Shown piece by piece: positions 17,802-26,439 of a stretch of 32,000 nt of DNA (positions within the stretch are counted from its first letter, which is position 1; each line of letters starts with the position of its first letter). Made by a program: the position numbers and the translations under genes. Origin of the DNA: Corynebacterium amycolatum. Its GTDB lineage: Bacteria > Actinomycetota > Actinomycetes > Mycobacteriales > Mycobacteriaceae. The stretch lies in assembly GCF_049243625.1 (NCBI RefSeq), contig NZ_CP046975.1; one strand, given 5' to 3'. The notes beneath the pieces were generated by a model. It made no database searches. It was not told where the DNA came from and saw nothing but the letters and a program-made list of their open reading frames with translations.

Positions 17802-19016
17802 GCCCAGCACGCATATCAGGAGCAGCCCAGTCGCCCGGAGCGGTGCATTGCGCTCCTGCGAAGAAAGCAGATCCGGTGGAGCCGGCGCGGCAGCGGGATT
17901 GGCGGCGTGCTGCGCGGCGGTGTCCGCAGTGGTCCAAATCAGAGCGTCATACGGTGCAATGATGCCGCGGCCAAGGCCAAGCCCGGAACTAATTGGGCTC
18001 GCGGAATTAAGGATGATGTCGCGAACCTGTGCTGGGGAAAGCTCTGGGTTTCGTGCCAGCAGCAGGGCAGCCGTTCCCGACACGGCTGGCGTGGCAAAAC
18101 TGGTGCCGGCGATTTGCTGAGCTCGGGTGTTATCCCCGGACCCGAACACGTGGCGGTCTATGAGGCCGGTAGGGGTGCGCGGATCGGGACCGAGTACGGG
18201 ACCGCCGGGAGCGGAGACATTGACCCATTGTCCCGTGATTGCATACTCCGCGGGTTGTGCTTGGCCAGCATCGTCGAACTGTACTGCTGATACTGCGATT
18301 ACCTCCGGCAGGACTGCGGGCCACGCTACGGATCCGGCCTGACAACTATCGCCCTTATTTCCTGCCGCTGCGACCACTACTGCGCCTGAGACTTCCGCAC
18401 GTGCGACGCTCTCGGCAACATCCGTTGCACCTTGGGGCATTACACCTGCCGGGGCACACGATGTGAGCGAAATATTGATAACCCTCGCGCCCTCCGCGAC
18501 GGCCCTGTCGATAGCTTGTGCCAGCGACTCCAAATTGCCTTCGCCATCGGCCGTTTGTCTTATCGACAACACGTGCGCGTCGGGCGCCAGTCCCGCAAAA
18601 CCATCGGCACCGGGCCGGCCTGCAATAATGCCGGCTACTAGAGTTCCGTGACCGTCGCAGTCTACGAACCCGCTGTCGCCGTCGACAAAATCGCCACCGT
18701 CGAGAACCTCGCCCAGGCGCTCATTGGGTGAGACCCCGGTATCGATCACCGCCACCGTAATCCCCGCACCCGTCGTCAGTTGCCATGCTTGGCGAAACCG
18801 AAGAGTTTTTTCGATCACTGTCGGTTCACGCAGTGCGCTTTCCGACGACAGCATCGTGGCCACGCAGTCCTGGCTGTTCTGGGCAGCCGCTATTGGTGCG
18901 ATGCCCGACGGTGCTACTGCGGTGGCCGCCGTCAACGTGGAGATAAGCACCGTGGAAAGTGCGGTCGTGGCGGTGAGACGGGGTTTTATGGCATTCATGA
19001 AAAGTGGGTTTTTCAC
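17760..19016 (-). CDS. mycP: Mycosin (MycP), membrane-anchored subtilisin-like T7SS protease
   Basis: Signal peptide. Catalytic triad contexts VAVIDTGV (Asp), DCDGHGTLVAGIIAG (His) and GTSFATPAVSGTAALLL (Ser). C-terminal TM LRATGLLLICVLGLGAWLL. GTG 19016 overlaps the eccD stop (GTGA). The 3' end overlaps eccB by 42 nt. Confidence 0.93.
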   Translation of the reverse strand: MKNPLFMNAIKPRLTATTALSTVLISTLTAATAVAPSGIAPIAAAQNSQDCVATMLSSESALREPTVIEKTLRFRQAWQLTTGAGITVAVIDTGVSPNERLGEVLDGGDFVDGDSGFVDCDGHGTLVAGIIAGRPGADGFAGLAPDAHVLSIRQTADGEGNLESLAQAIDRAVAEGARVINISLTSCAPAGVMPQGATDVAESVARAEVSGAVVVAAAGNKGDSCQAGSVAWPAVLPEVIAVSAVQFDDAGQAQPAEYAITGQWVNVSAPGGPVLGPDPRTPTGLIDRHVFGSGDNTRAQQIAGTSFATPAVSGTAALLLARNPELSPAQVRDIILNSASPISSGLGLGRGIIAPYDALIWTTADTAAQHAANPAAAPAPPDLLSSQERNAPLRATGLLLICVLGLGAWLLSRPGQRP

Positions 19017-20404
19017 TGGAAGAACCCACTTACGAACTCAGGGAATTCGGCAATGATGGCCGCAATGGGCAGAATGACGGCGATGCTGCAGGCCTCGGTT
19101 AGCTCAGCTATGCGGCGCGTTGTAGGTGAGATGCGTGACGCTGGAAATGCGGCTAAGGCGGTGGCTGCAAGCATTGGGACGACAAGGCCAGCGGAAACTG
19201 GCCAATTGCCTTCGAACCACTGTTGAAAGGCGACAGCCACAATGACGGCAAGACCAGCTAAAGCAGTGCAGGTGGAAGCTACTTTCCGGGCTTGGCCACG
19301 GGAGTGAATTGCACAAAAGACTATGACAGCAGCAGCCATGCCCAGAGGCCACCACCTGTTCGCATAGGCTCCGGAGAAAAGTACCACCAGGGTGAAAATG
19401 CTGAGACTTCCGGTGCCACTGCAGAGGATGCCGTCGAGAATCCAACCCGCTCGCTTAGGTGCGTTGTGGGATATTTCGGGAGTTTCGCTGTCATCGAAGC
19501 TCTCTCCGGCGGCAGGGACTTTGGGTACGCGAATACCGGCAGCCTTGATAGCCAGGGAAGGTGCCAGCAGTATCAGGATGACTGCACTAGCAGCGGTGAG
19601 TGCTCCTGATTGAACCGAGTTCTGGAAAAGTGCGACAGCCGCAGCGTAAATACCGAAGGTAACTGCAGCGCTGAGACTCGCGGCGCCCAGGGTAACAGTG
19701 ATGCGGTTGTCGCCGTCGTCGGTGTTGGAAATGAGAAAAACCAAACCGGTGACGGCAAGCGCGACGCTAATCGCAGCAGTCGGCGGCCAGTCGGTGAGTA
19801 TGCGGTGTAGGTCGAGGCCGACGAAGCAGAGCCCCGAAGCGGTGCCCAGAATGAGCACTTGCAGCTCCAGGGACATGACAATCGCCGGTTTTGCGCTACG
19901 CAACAGAGCCAGGCGCAGTCCACCGGCTACTGCCAGCAGTGCGATGAAGCTGATTGCCGCGGCCAGTGTGGAATCGGTACTGCTCAAGCTCAGTGAGGCA
20001 GCTGCAATTGAAGCTGTGGCTACGAGGGCGGCGGTACAGCCAACAACTAAATCAGCCGTACCGATACCGTCGGTATAGGTGGTGTCGGTAATAGCATCGG
20101 CGGCATCGAAGAGCCGAGGTTTGGGCACGGGCCCTGGGTCGTTGATAACAACCAGGCGTTCGCCTGGCGCAATACCGGCATCGTTCAGGGTGTCGTCGGC
20201 AAGCAATATCGTGCCGGCGGCGGTCCGTAGCTGCCACTGTGCCAGCGGGAAGTCCGCAATGTCGATATCGAAAATTTGCAGGATATCCGGTACGAGTGCG
20301 GCGATTGCGACGTTGGTCGGTAATGCAAGGTCTGCGTGTGCTCGGTTGGCGTCTTCGGGCATGTGTGCGGCATCAATGCGCACGCGAATGAGTTCCCCCA
20401 GCAT
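19013..20404 (-). CDS. eccD: Type VII secretion system protein EccD
   Basis: N-terminal ubiquitin-like domain (LIRVRIDAAH...ADLALPTNVAIAALVPDILQIF) followed by ~11 TM segments. ATG 20404 is preferred because GGGGGAAATAC lies upstream. The ORF-track ATG 20428 adds 8 aa. Confidence 0.9.
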   Translation of the reverse strand: MLGELIRVRIDAAHMPEDANRAHADLALPTNVAIAALVPDILQIFDIDIADFPLAQWQLRTAAGTILLADDTLNDAGIAPGERLVVINDPGPVPKPRLFDAADAITDTTYTDGIGTADLVVGCTAALVATASIAAASLSLSSTDSTLAAAISFIALLAVAGGLRLALLRSAKPAIVMSLELQVLILGTASGLCFVGLDLHRILTDWPPTAAISVALAVTGLVFLISNTDDGDNRITVTLGAASLSAAVTFGIYAAAVALFQNSVQSGALTAASAVILILLAPSLAIKAAGIRVPKVPAAGESFDDSETPEISHNAPKRAGWILDGILCSGTGSLSIFTLVVLFSGAYANRWWPLGMAAAVIVFCAIHSRGQARKVASTCTALAGLAVIVAVAFQQWFEGNWPVSAGLVVPMLAATALAAFPASRISPTTRRIAELTEACSIAVILPIAAIIAEFPEFVSGFFQ

Positions 20405-20621
20405 GTATTTCCCCCATGAATTCTGCATGCTTTAGTCCCTCTAGAGTGGCGTACAACTCGTTAGAGCGCTACTCGGGGTAGTAACTGCGCGTGCCCCCGC
20501 TAACAGTCTCGGCCATGCGCTGCGAGAATCCGGAGTGTGTTTTAAGCTATGTGCACACCGATTGGTCGGGGGATTGGCCGTCGAGTGAACACAAGGGGCG
20601 ACACATAGCGGGGGGATTTTT

Positions 20622-23600
20622 GTGACTAGTGCACGGGCGGGGATTTCGGCTACCCGAAAAGCGGGGCCGCAGCCTATGACGGGCACAATCGCGCCGGATG
20701 CGCCACCGGAAGCGCCGGAGCCACAGCCGGTGCCGCTGATGCGTGCACTCATGCCGTTGATCATGGTCGTGGCGGTGGTTGGCATGGTGGTGTTGATGTT
20801 TGTCTCTGGGATGGGACGTAACCCGATGTCGTTTATGTTTCCGCTGATGATGGTGTTTTCCACTGTGGGCATGATGGTGTCGGGAGGGGCGGGAAATAAG
20901 GACATGGCACCGGCGCGGAAGGACTATCAGAGGCATTTGTCCAGTATTCGCCGGGCGGTGGCGAAAGCAGCGAGGATGCAGCGTGAATCGGCGCAGTTTA
21001 TCCACCCTCGGCCTGGAACTCTGTGGCAGCTGGGGGCGATGGGGCGGGCGTGCGAGCGCCGAAAGGGGGACCCGGATTTCTTGCAGCTGCGCATCGGGGT
21101 GGCAACGCAGCAGCCCGCAACGCTTGTGACACCGCCGGCAATTCCGGCGCCCGAGAAACTGGATCCGGTTTCCGCCGTAGCACTGCGGGAAGTTATTCGA
21201 TCGGCTCGTCAGGTTGAGGGAGTGCCCTTTGCCATAGATGTGTCGGCCTTTGAGATTATCGCCCTCACTGGAGATACCGCGGCGCAGGGGCTGGCTCGAG
21301 CGATGGTCGCCCAAGCCGCTGCGCTGCATCATCCGGAGGATTGCCTGATTGCAGTTGTGGGAGATGGGTGGGAATGGCTGAAATGGACACCACACCACGG
21401 GCACCCCGCAGTTACTGATGCCTGTGGCTCAGCGCGGTTGCGGGCAGCGACGTGTGCGCAGCTGACGGAGCTGCTCACGGCTATCGACACACTGCCAGCT
21501 GCAGTGCTGATTGTGCTGGCGGATTCGAGCGGACAGCTCGATGTCACTGAACTGACACCGATTTTTGACGAGGCGGGGTCGGAGACCTCGGTAGTTCTGC
21601 TGACCGTCGTGGAGGCGCAGTCAATGTTGTGGGAGGCCGCGGTTAACCATGGCATCGCGCTGGCCGTTTCCACCACTACTGTGCATGCGGAAACCGCGTC
21701 CGGAAGGGAGGAGATTGGTGTACCTGATCAGCTGAGTCCAGCAGAAGCGGAGGTTCTTGGGCGGAGCTTGGCGCGTTTTGAAGTGCCAACAAGCGCAGAT
21801 GATTCTGTTAAGACCTCGGAAGATCCGGTTATGGAGGAGCTCGGGTTGTATCCGCCTCCGACAACTCTGCGCTACCGACCGCGCTCTGGCAGTGCTCGTC
21901 TGCGTATTCCCGTTGGGGCTGATGACGGCGGCGCGCCGGTCTATCTGGATTTTAAGGAGAGCGCCGAGGGCGGCATGGGCCCACACGGTCTGTGCGTTGG
22001 TGCCACAGGATCGGGTAAGTCGGAATTCCTCCGAACGACCGTGGTAGGGCTCGCAGCCACGCACAGTCCGGATCAGTTGAACTTTGTGCTGGTGGACTTC
22101 AAAGGCGGTGCGACGTTTCTGGGACTGGATCAATTGCCTCATGTCTCGGCGGTGATTACCAACTTGGAGCAGGAGCTTATCCTGGTCAACCGCATGGAAG
22201 ACGCACTGCGCGGTGAGATGACGCGGCGCCAAGAGCAGCTACGCGCTGCGGGGAATTTCGCCGGTGTCAGCGACTATGAACAGGCCCGGCGCTCTGGGCA
22301 GATAGATGCGCCACCTATGCCCGCGTTGCTGATTGTGGTGGATGAGTTTTCGGAGCTGCTCTCCGCACGCCCGGAGTTTGCCGAGCTCTTCGTTGCGATT
22401 GGTCGGTTGGGGCGCAGTTTGCACATGCATTTGCTGCTGGCCAGTCAGCGTCTGGAGGAAGGCCGCTTGCGCGGGCTGGAAAGCCATCTTTCCTATCGCA
22501 TTGGGTTGAAGACCTTTTCCGTCGCGGAGTCCCGCAGCGTGTTGGGTGTTCCGGACGCCTATCATCTGCCGGCCATCCCGGGCATTGGGTATATCAAATC
22601 TGCTGCCGCCGAGCCGGTGCGTTTTCGGTCGGCGTATGTTTCCGGCCCGGTGGTCCGCCCGCAGCCTGTTGACGGTGCGGCGGCTGGGGCAGAGCAGGGG
22701 CTGCAGGGGCAGGTCGCCACTGTCGCTGAATTTACCGCTGAAAATTGGACGCGGGAGGCTTTCGGTGCGTCGTCAAGCGATGGTGGAATGGTGGATCCGC
22801 CTGTGCAGACATCGGAGCAGACGGTGCTCGGTGCCGTGGTGGCAGCGGTATCGCACGTACCGACACGTGCGCATCGCGTGTGGCTGCCACCATTACCGGA
22901 GGCCATCGAGTTCCAGCCCGACGAGCAGCTGCCGCGACAGCGATTGACCGGTGTGATTGGACTGGTGGACAAGCCGCTGTTTCAGCGCCAAGACCCACTG
23001 CGTATTGACCTGCGCACAACCGGCGGGCACGTGGCAATCGTCGGAGCTCCGCGGTCAGGAAAGACCACTGCTGCACGCACAGCGGTCCTCGCGCTTGCCG
23101 ACGGCATCAGCGCCCGTGACCTGCATTTTTATATCGTTGATTGTGGTGCGGGCGGCTTGAGCGACCTGGCTGAGTTGCCGCATGTCGCGTCGGTTGCACA
23201 CCGCGGAGACGAGGAGCTTATTCGCCGTACGCTTGGTTTTTTGCGTCGTGAGGTAAGTCGTCGGGAACAGCTCTTTCGCGCTAATGGATGGCTCTCGTCG
23301 GAAGCAGCACGGGCGGCAGGGCAGCCAGATTCGGTGTTGGTCATTGACGGCTGGGGTGCGTTCAAAACGGAGCTTCCGGCGCTGAGTGACGATGTGCAGG
23401 CGCTGGTTGCAGATGGATTGGCGGTGGGAATTCATGTCCTGCTGACAGCCCATCGGTGGACGGACATGAGACCTGCCGTTCGCGACCTGATTGGTACTCG
23501 GATTGAGCTGCGTCAGGCGGAGTCGATGGATTCAATGATTGATCGTAAGGCAGCGGAGCTGGTGCCGGAGAGCCCAGGACGTGGGGTCGCGCCGGGCGGC

Positions 23601-24449
23601 TTTTCGATGTTGGTAGCTCTCACCGGTGCTGCGGACACCAAGCGGATTGTAGAGACGGTGCCACACGGTGAGCAGGCGCCCAAGCTCCAGTTGTTGCCGC
23701 GGCGGATTGATATTGCGCGTTTGCCGCGACCAGCGGCCGCGACGAGAGGTGCGATTGCAGTGGGTCTCGAAGAAGCCGGTCTGGGCGCGGTGATATTCCA
23801 CCCCGAAAAGGATCGCCACCTACTGATATTCGGTTCGGCGGGCAGTGGCAGAACCGCCGCGCTGAGGGGCATCGTTCACCAGCTGCGGTACTCGCAGTCG
23901 GACTCGAAATTCGTCGTGATTGACTACCGTCGTGGGCTAATGGAGGCCGTGCCCCAAGAGCGGCTGGCCGGCTATGCAGGCTCGGCTGCGGTGGCGACGC
24001 CCATGCTGGCGGAGCTGGCAGAGGTACTGAAGGCTCGTCTCCCGCAACCGGATATCACTCCAGCGCAGTTGAAGGCCCGAAATTGGTGGAGTGGTCCAAC
24101 CATCAATGTCATCGTGGATGACTATGACCTCGTGGCTGGCTCACGGGGTAACCCCTTGCAGCCGCTGGCAGAAGTCATCGCTCACGCCGCCGACATTGGG
24201 CTCAATATCTTTTTCGCCCGTCGAATCAGCGGGGCGTTGCGTTCCCTCCACGACCCGGTCATGGGTGCGGTTAAGGATCAGGGCGCCAGCGTCTTTGTTA
24301 TGGATGGCACACGCGACGACGGCCCCATCCTCGGCGTAAAGCCCTGCGAACAGCCGCCGGGTCGTGGCTATTGGGTGGCGCACGGCCAGAGTCCGCAGGT
24401 TGTGCAGTTGGGTTTGTTGGATACTGCTGGTGACCAGGAGGACAGTTGA
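20622..24449 (+). CDS. eccC: Type VII secretion system ATPase EccC (FtsK/SpoIIIE family, unsplit, three NBDs)
   Basis: Two N-terminal TM segments. Walker A motifs are GATGSGKSE (21999..), GAPRSGKTT (23043..) and GSAGSGRTA (23832.., Arg in place of the P-loop Lys). 1275 aa. Confidence 0.96.
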   Translation: MTSARAGISATRKAGPQPMTGTIAPDAPPEAPEPQPVPLMRALMPLIMVVAVVGMVVLMFVSGMGRNPMSFMFPLMMVFSTVGMMVSGGAGNKDMAPARKDYQRHLSSIRRAVAKAARMQRESAQFIHPRPGTLWQLGAMGRACERRKGDPDFLQLRIGVATQQPATLVTPPAIPAPEKLDPVSAVALREVIRSARQVEGVPFAIDVSAFEIIALTGDTAAQGLARAMVAQAAALHHPEDCLIAVVGDGWEWLKWTPHHGHPAVTDACGSARLRAATCAQLTELLTAIDTLPAAVLIVLADSSGQLDVTELTPIFDEAGSETSVVLLTVVEAQSMLWEAAVNHGIALAVSTTTVHAETASGREEIGVPDQLSPAEAEVLGRSLARFEVPTSADDSVKTSEDPVMEELGLYPPPTTLRYRPRSGSARLRIPVGADDGGAPVYLDFKESAEGGMGPHGLCVGATGSGKSEFLRTTVVGLAATHSPDQLNFVLVDFKGGATFLGLDQLPHVSAVITNLEQELILVNRMEDALRGEMTRRQEQLRAAGNFAGVSDYEQARRSGQIDAPPMPALLIVVDEFSELLSARPEFAELFVAIGRLGRSLHMHLLLASQRLEEGRLRGLESHLSYRIGLKTFSVAESRSVLGVPDAYHLPAIPGIGYIKSAAAEPVRFRSAYVSGPVVRPQPVDGAAAGAEQGLQGQVATVAEFTAENWTREAFGASSSDGGMVDPPVQTSEQTVLGAVVAAVSHVPTRAHRVWLPPLPEAIEFQPDEQLPRQRLTGVIGLVDKPLFQRQDPLRIDLRTTGGHVAIVGAPRSGKTTAARTAVLALADGISARDLHFYIVDCGAGGLSDLAELPHVASVAHRGDEELIRRTLGFLRREVSRREQLFRANGWLSSEAARAAGQPDSVLVIDGWGAFKTELPALSDDVQALVADGLAVGIHVLLTAHRWTDMRPAVRDLIGTRIELRQAESMDSMIDRKAAELVPESPGRGVAPGGFSMLVALTGAADTKRIVETVPHGEQAPKLQLLPRRIDIARLPRPAAATRGAIAVGLEEAGLGAVIFHPEKDRHLLIFGSAGSGRTAALRGIVHQLRYSQSDSKFVVIDYRRGLMEAVPQERLAGYAGSAAVATPMLAELAEVLKARLPQPDITPAQLKARNWWSGPTINVIVDDYDLVAGSRGNPLQPLAEVIAHAADIGLNIFFARRISGALRSLHDPVMGAVKDQGASVFVMDGTRDDGPILGVKPCEQPPGRGYWVAHGQSPQVVQLGLLDTAGDQEDS

Positions 24450-25837
24450 TGATTCGGGTCGATTCTCCTGACACCACGCAGACCCCGACGCTGCGCCACG
24501 GTACCTGGCATCTGTGGGGACTCGCGGCACCTGCAGACACCACAGAACTGGCTGTGCATGGCCCTAGACCGCTTCTCGAGAGCATGCAAACAGTCATTGT
24601 GCCCAGCTATTGGGGTGCTGTGCGACAGTGCCGGCTGGCCTCCGCGCTATTGGCTGCCGAACTCAATCCGTACATTCTGACGCTTGCCGACGCCGTTGTG
24701 GAACTCGATGAGGCAACTGTGTCTCATAGCGTGTTGGTGGAAGTAGAGGAAACGCGTGTCTGTGTCACTCGTCTAAGCGGTGGGCACATTGACAGTCGGA
24801 TGACACATTTGGTCGGAGCGAACGACAGCGCACCGCTGGTGGAAACAGTTATTGCGCTGGCTTATCAGCTGACCATGTATCCGGATGTACCCCAGGGGAT
24901 ACCTGATGATGTGGAAGTTAGCGGTGGGCGCGGTATTACCGAGTATCCGCCTCGCTGGCAGGAGGATATTGAGTTCATCGTCGGCGAAGTTCCACCTGGG
25001 CTAGCGAACCCGCGGCGAGCTCTACTAGTCGATCGTCTGCGCGACCGTGGGTTTTTGGTCTTTGACTGTCCAGCCTCGCGGCTCGGGGAGTGCGTAAATC
25101 CGGCCTGGTTGAAAAGCATCGGCGACGCTGAAGCCGGTGAAGTGGAGCAATTGGAGGATCTCGCGGGGAGGCATCCTGCAGCCAGGGGAGAAGCCAGCGC
25201 AGTGTCGAATCAAAGCACAGTTGTGTCAGTAGCTGCCGTTGGTTTGTTGACGGTGGTGGTGCTGATTGTTGGGATTGCTGCATGGCTCATTAGTGGCGGC
25301 ATAGGCAGGGAGAACGAGGGGAGGCAGAAGCAGCGTGAGACATCGCACGCACAGGCTCCTCCTGTAACTACGCCACCTGTAACTACGCCTCCACCCACAT
25401 CGAAACCGGTTCCCGATTCTGCTCCAGTAGTCATGCTGGCCAATGCAGGCGTGGAAGCTCGATTTCCCGGCGGGTGGGAGCTTGATTCGGCAAGTCCGTT
25501 CGACCGTCTGATTGCGGTGGATGGCGGAGATATGCGCGTATTGGTGCTCGCTAATCCGCTTTCGCAGGACATGGCGCTTGAACATCTAGCAGCAGCTTTG
25601 AGTAGCTCCGTTGCCGGGGATGAGACAAAGTCCGCGCCGGAACGCAGGCAAGTACTGGGCACCGATGTCGTAGTCCTAGAAGAGCGGCTGCCGTCAGGTA
25701 ATTCGATAGTGCTCTGGCATCACAAAGTGATGGACGGAACTCAAGTCAGTGTGGGGTGCCAGTTCAGAGGAAGGACTATTGCGCCGGTACGGCCCGTATG
25801 CGACCAGGCAGTAGTAAGCGCTCGGCCGGTGCCGTAA
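24449..25837 (+). CDS. T7SS-associated single-pass membrane protein, Rv3446c-family positional equivalent
   Basis: It sits between eccC and the WXG100 pair, exactly as Rv3446c does in M. tuberculosis ESX-4. The N-terminal ~250 aa have a degenerate actin/Hsp70-like pattern (VIVPSYWGAVRQCRLASALLAAELNPYIL). There is one TM (VVSVAAVGLLTVVVLIVGIAAWLI), a PPVTTPPVTTPPPTS linker and a ~150-aa C-terminal domain. ATG 24449 overlaps the eccC TGA (TGATG), with RBS AGGAGGA upstream. Confidence 0.6.
   Translation: MIRVDSPDTTQTPTLRHGTWHLWGLAAPADTTELAVHGPRPLLESMQTVIVPSYWGAVRQCRLASALLAAELNPYILTLADAVVELDEATVSHSVLVEVEETRVCVTRLSGGHIDSRMTHLVGANDSAPLVETVIALAYQLTMYPDVPQGIPDDVEVSGGRGITEYPPRWQEDIEFIVGEVPPGLANPRRALLVDRLRDRGFLVFDCPASRLGECVNPAWLKSIGDAEAGEVEQLEDLAGRHPAARGEASAVSNQSTVVSVAAVGLLTVVVLIVGIAAWLISGGIGRENEGRQKQRETSHAQAPPVTTPPVTTPPPTSKPVPDSAPVVMLANAGVEARFPGGWELDSASPFDRLIAVDGGDMRVLVLANPLSQDMALEHLAAALSSSVAGDETKSAPERRQVLGTDVVVLEERLPSGNSIVLWHHKVMDGTQVSVGCQFRGRTIAPVRPVCDQAVVSARPVP
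25361..25390 (+). repeat. Tandem 15-bp repeat, two copies, encoding PVTTP-PVTTP
   Basis: CCTGTAACTACGCCA / CCTGTAACTACGCCT, read directly. In frame within the extracytoplasmic linker of the Rv3446c-like protein. Confidence 0.85.
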
Positions 25838-25864
25838 TACGCAAGGGGCGTAGAGAAGGTGACT

Positions 25865-25889
25865 GGGGCTGGGTGGGGGTAGGTAGGGG
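25865..25889 (+). other. Canonical G-quadruplex-type motif upstream of the esx gene pair
   Basis: GGGG-CT-GGG-T-GGGGG-TAGGTA-GGGG on the coding strand. It lies in the 202-bp spacer between the Rv3446c-like gene and the esxB-like gene. Confidence 0.55.
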
Positions 25890-26039
25890 TAAAGGTCGGA
25901 AAACCAAAATGGAACCGAATCGGGGTTTTTCGCGCCAAACAATATGACGGGTTTTTTAACGCGGGAAGCTGGCTGGCTCGCGCGGGGAGGTAAAAATGCC
26001 GTCGTTAATCAGTCACTCAACACGAAAAAGGGGGAAACA

Positions 26040-26366
26040 GTGGCAAACCTATTTGCAGCCGAATCAGATCAAATGACCACTACCGCAGGGGACGTCGATG
26101 GCGTCAACTCGGAAGTACAGGGCGAGCTGGGGCGCATTCGAGGCGTCGTGGACGGTCTGGCGGGGGAATGGAAGGGCCAGGCTAAAGACAGCTTCGATGA
26201 TCTGATGCTTCGTTGGGATGACGCAGCTATGCGTCTATCCAATGCGCTGACGGATATTGCGGATAACATCCGCGCAAATTCCAGCAGCTTCGATGCGGGC
26301 GAGGACGAGGGGGCGTCGTCGTTCAAGCAGGTGGCAGCAGCGGGTGCGTCGTTGCTGAACCTCTAA
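26040..26366 (+). CDS. esxB: WXG100 protein, EsxB/CFP-10-like (ESX-4 EsxU position)
   Basis: 108 aa from GTG 26040 (RBS GGGGGAAACA). W-x-G motif in LAGEWKGQA. The helix-turn-helix length is typical. The C-terminus NIRANSSSFDAGEDEG aligns with the CFP-10 secretion-signal region. The ORF-track start 25944 adds 32 unsupported aa. Confidence 0.85.
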   Translation: MANLFAAESDQMTTTAGDVDGVNSEVQGELGRIRGVVDGLAGEWKGQAKDSFDDLMLRWDDAAMRLSNALTDIADNIRANSSSFDAGEDEGASSFKQVAAAGASLLNL

Positions 26367-26439
26367 ACGTTTTGTCGGATCGCACAATTACAACACTGAA
26401 TCACACAACACACATCACCTTTTGGGGAAAGGGTTCTTA

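Noticed and set aside
20535-20558. GTGTG...GTGCACAC in the eccD/eccC divergent region, which shares the 8-mer GTGTGCAC with the rplM leader (26999..27006), considered as a common regulatory motif
   Set aside because: An 8-mer is expected about once by chance on both strands of a 32-kb window. There are only two or three loosely related copies, and no functional link between rplM and eccC is evident.
25911-25945. GGAAC (25911..25915) as the -35 of an ECF (SigM/SigH-like) promoter for the esx genes, by analogy with SigM control of ESX-4 in mycobacteria
   Set aside because: I found no convincing -10 (GTT/CGTC-type) element at the required 16-19-nt spacing. A 5-mer alone is not evidence. It remains a possibility to test by TSS mapping only.
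25944-26039. Upstream-extended start codons offered by the ORF track: esxB 25944, esxA 26422, rplM 26957, acyltransferase 28202, infA 7568, lipoprotein 6323, EccE-like 16272
   Set aside because: The extensions lack RBSs and add residues absent from well-known homologues (L13, IF-1, WXG100 length ~95-110 aa). Some bury a signal peptide. Better-supported internal starts with SD-like motifs exist.
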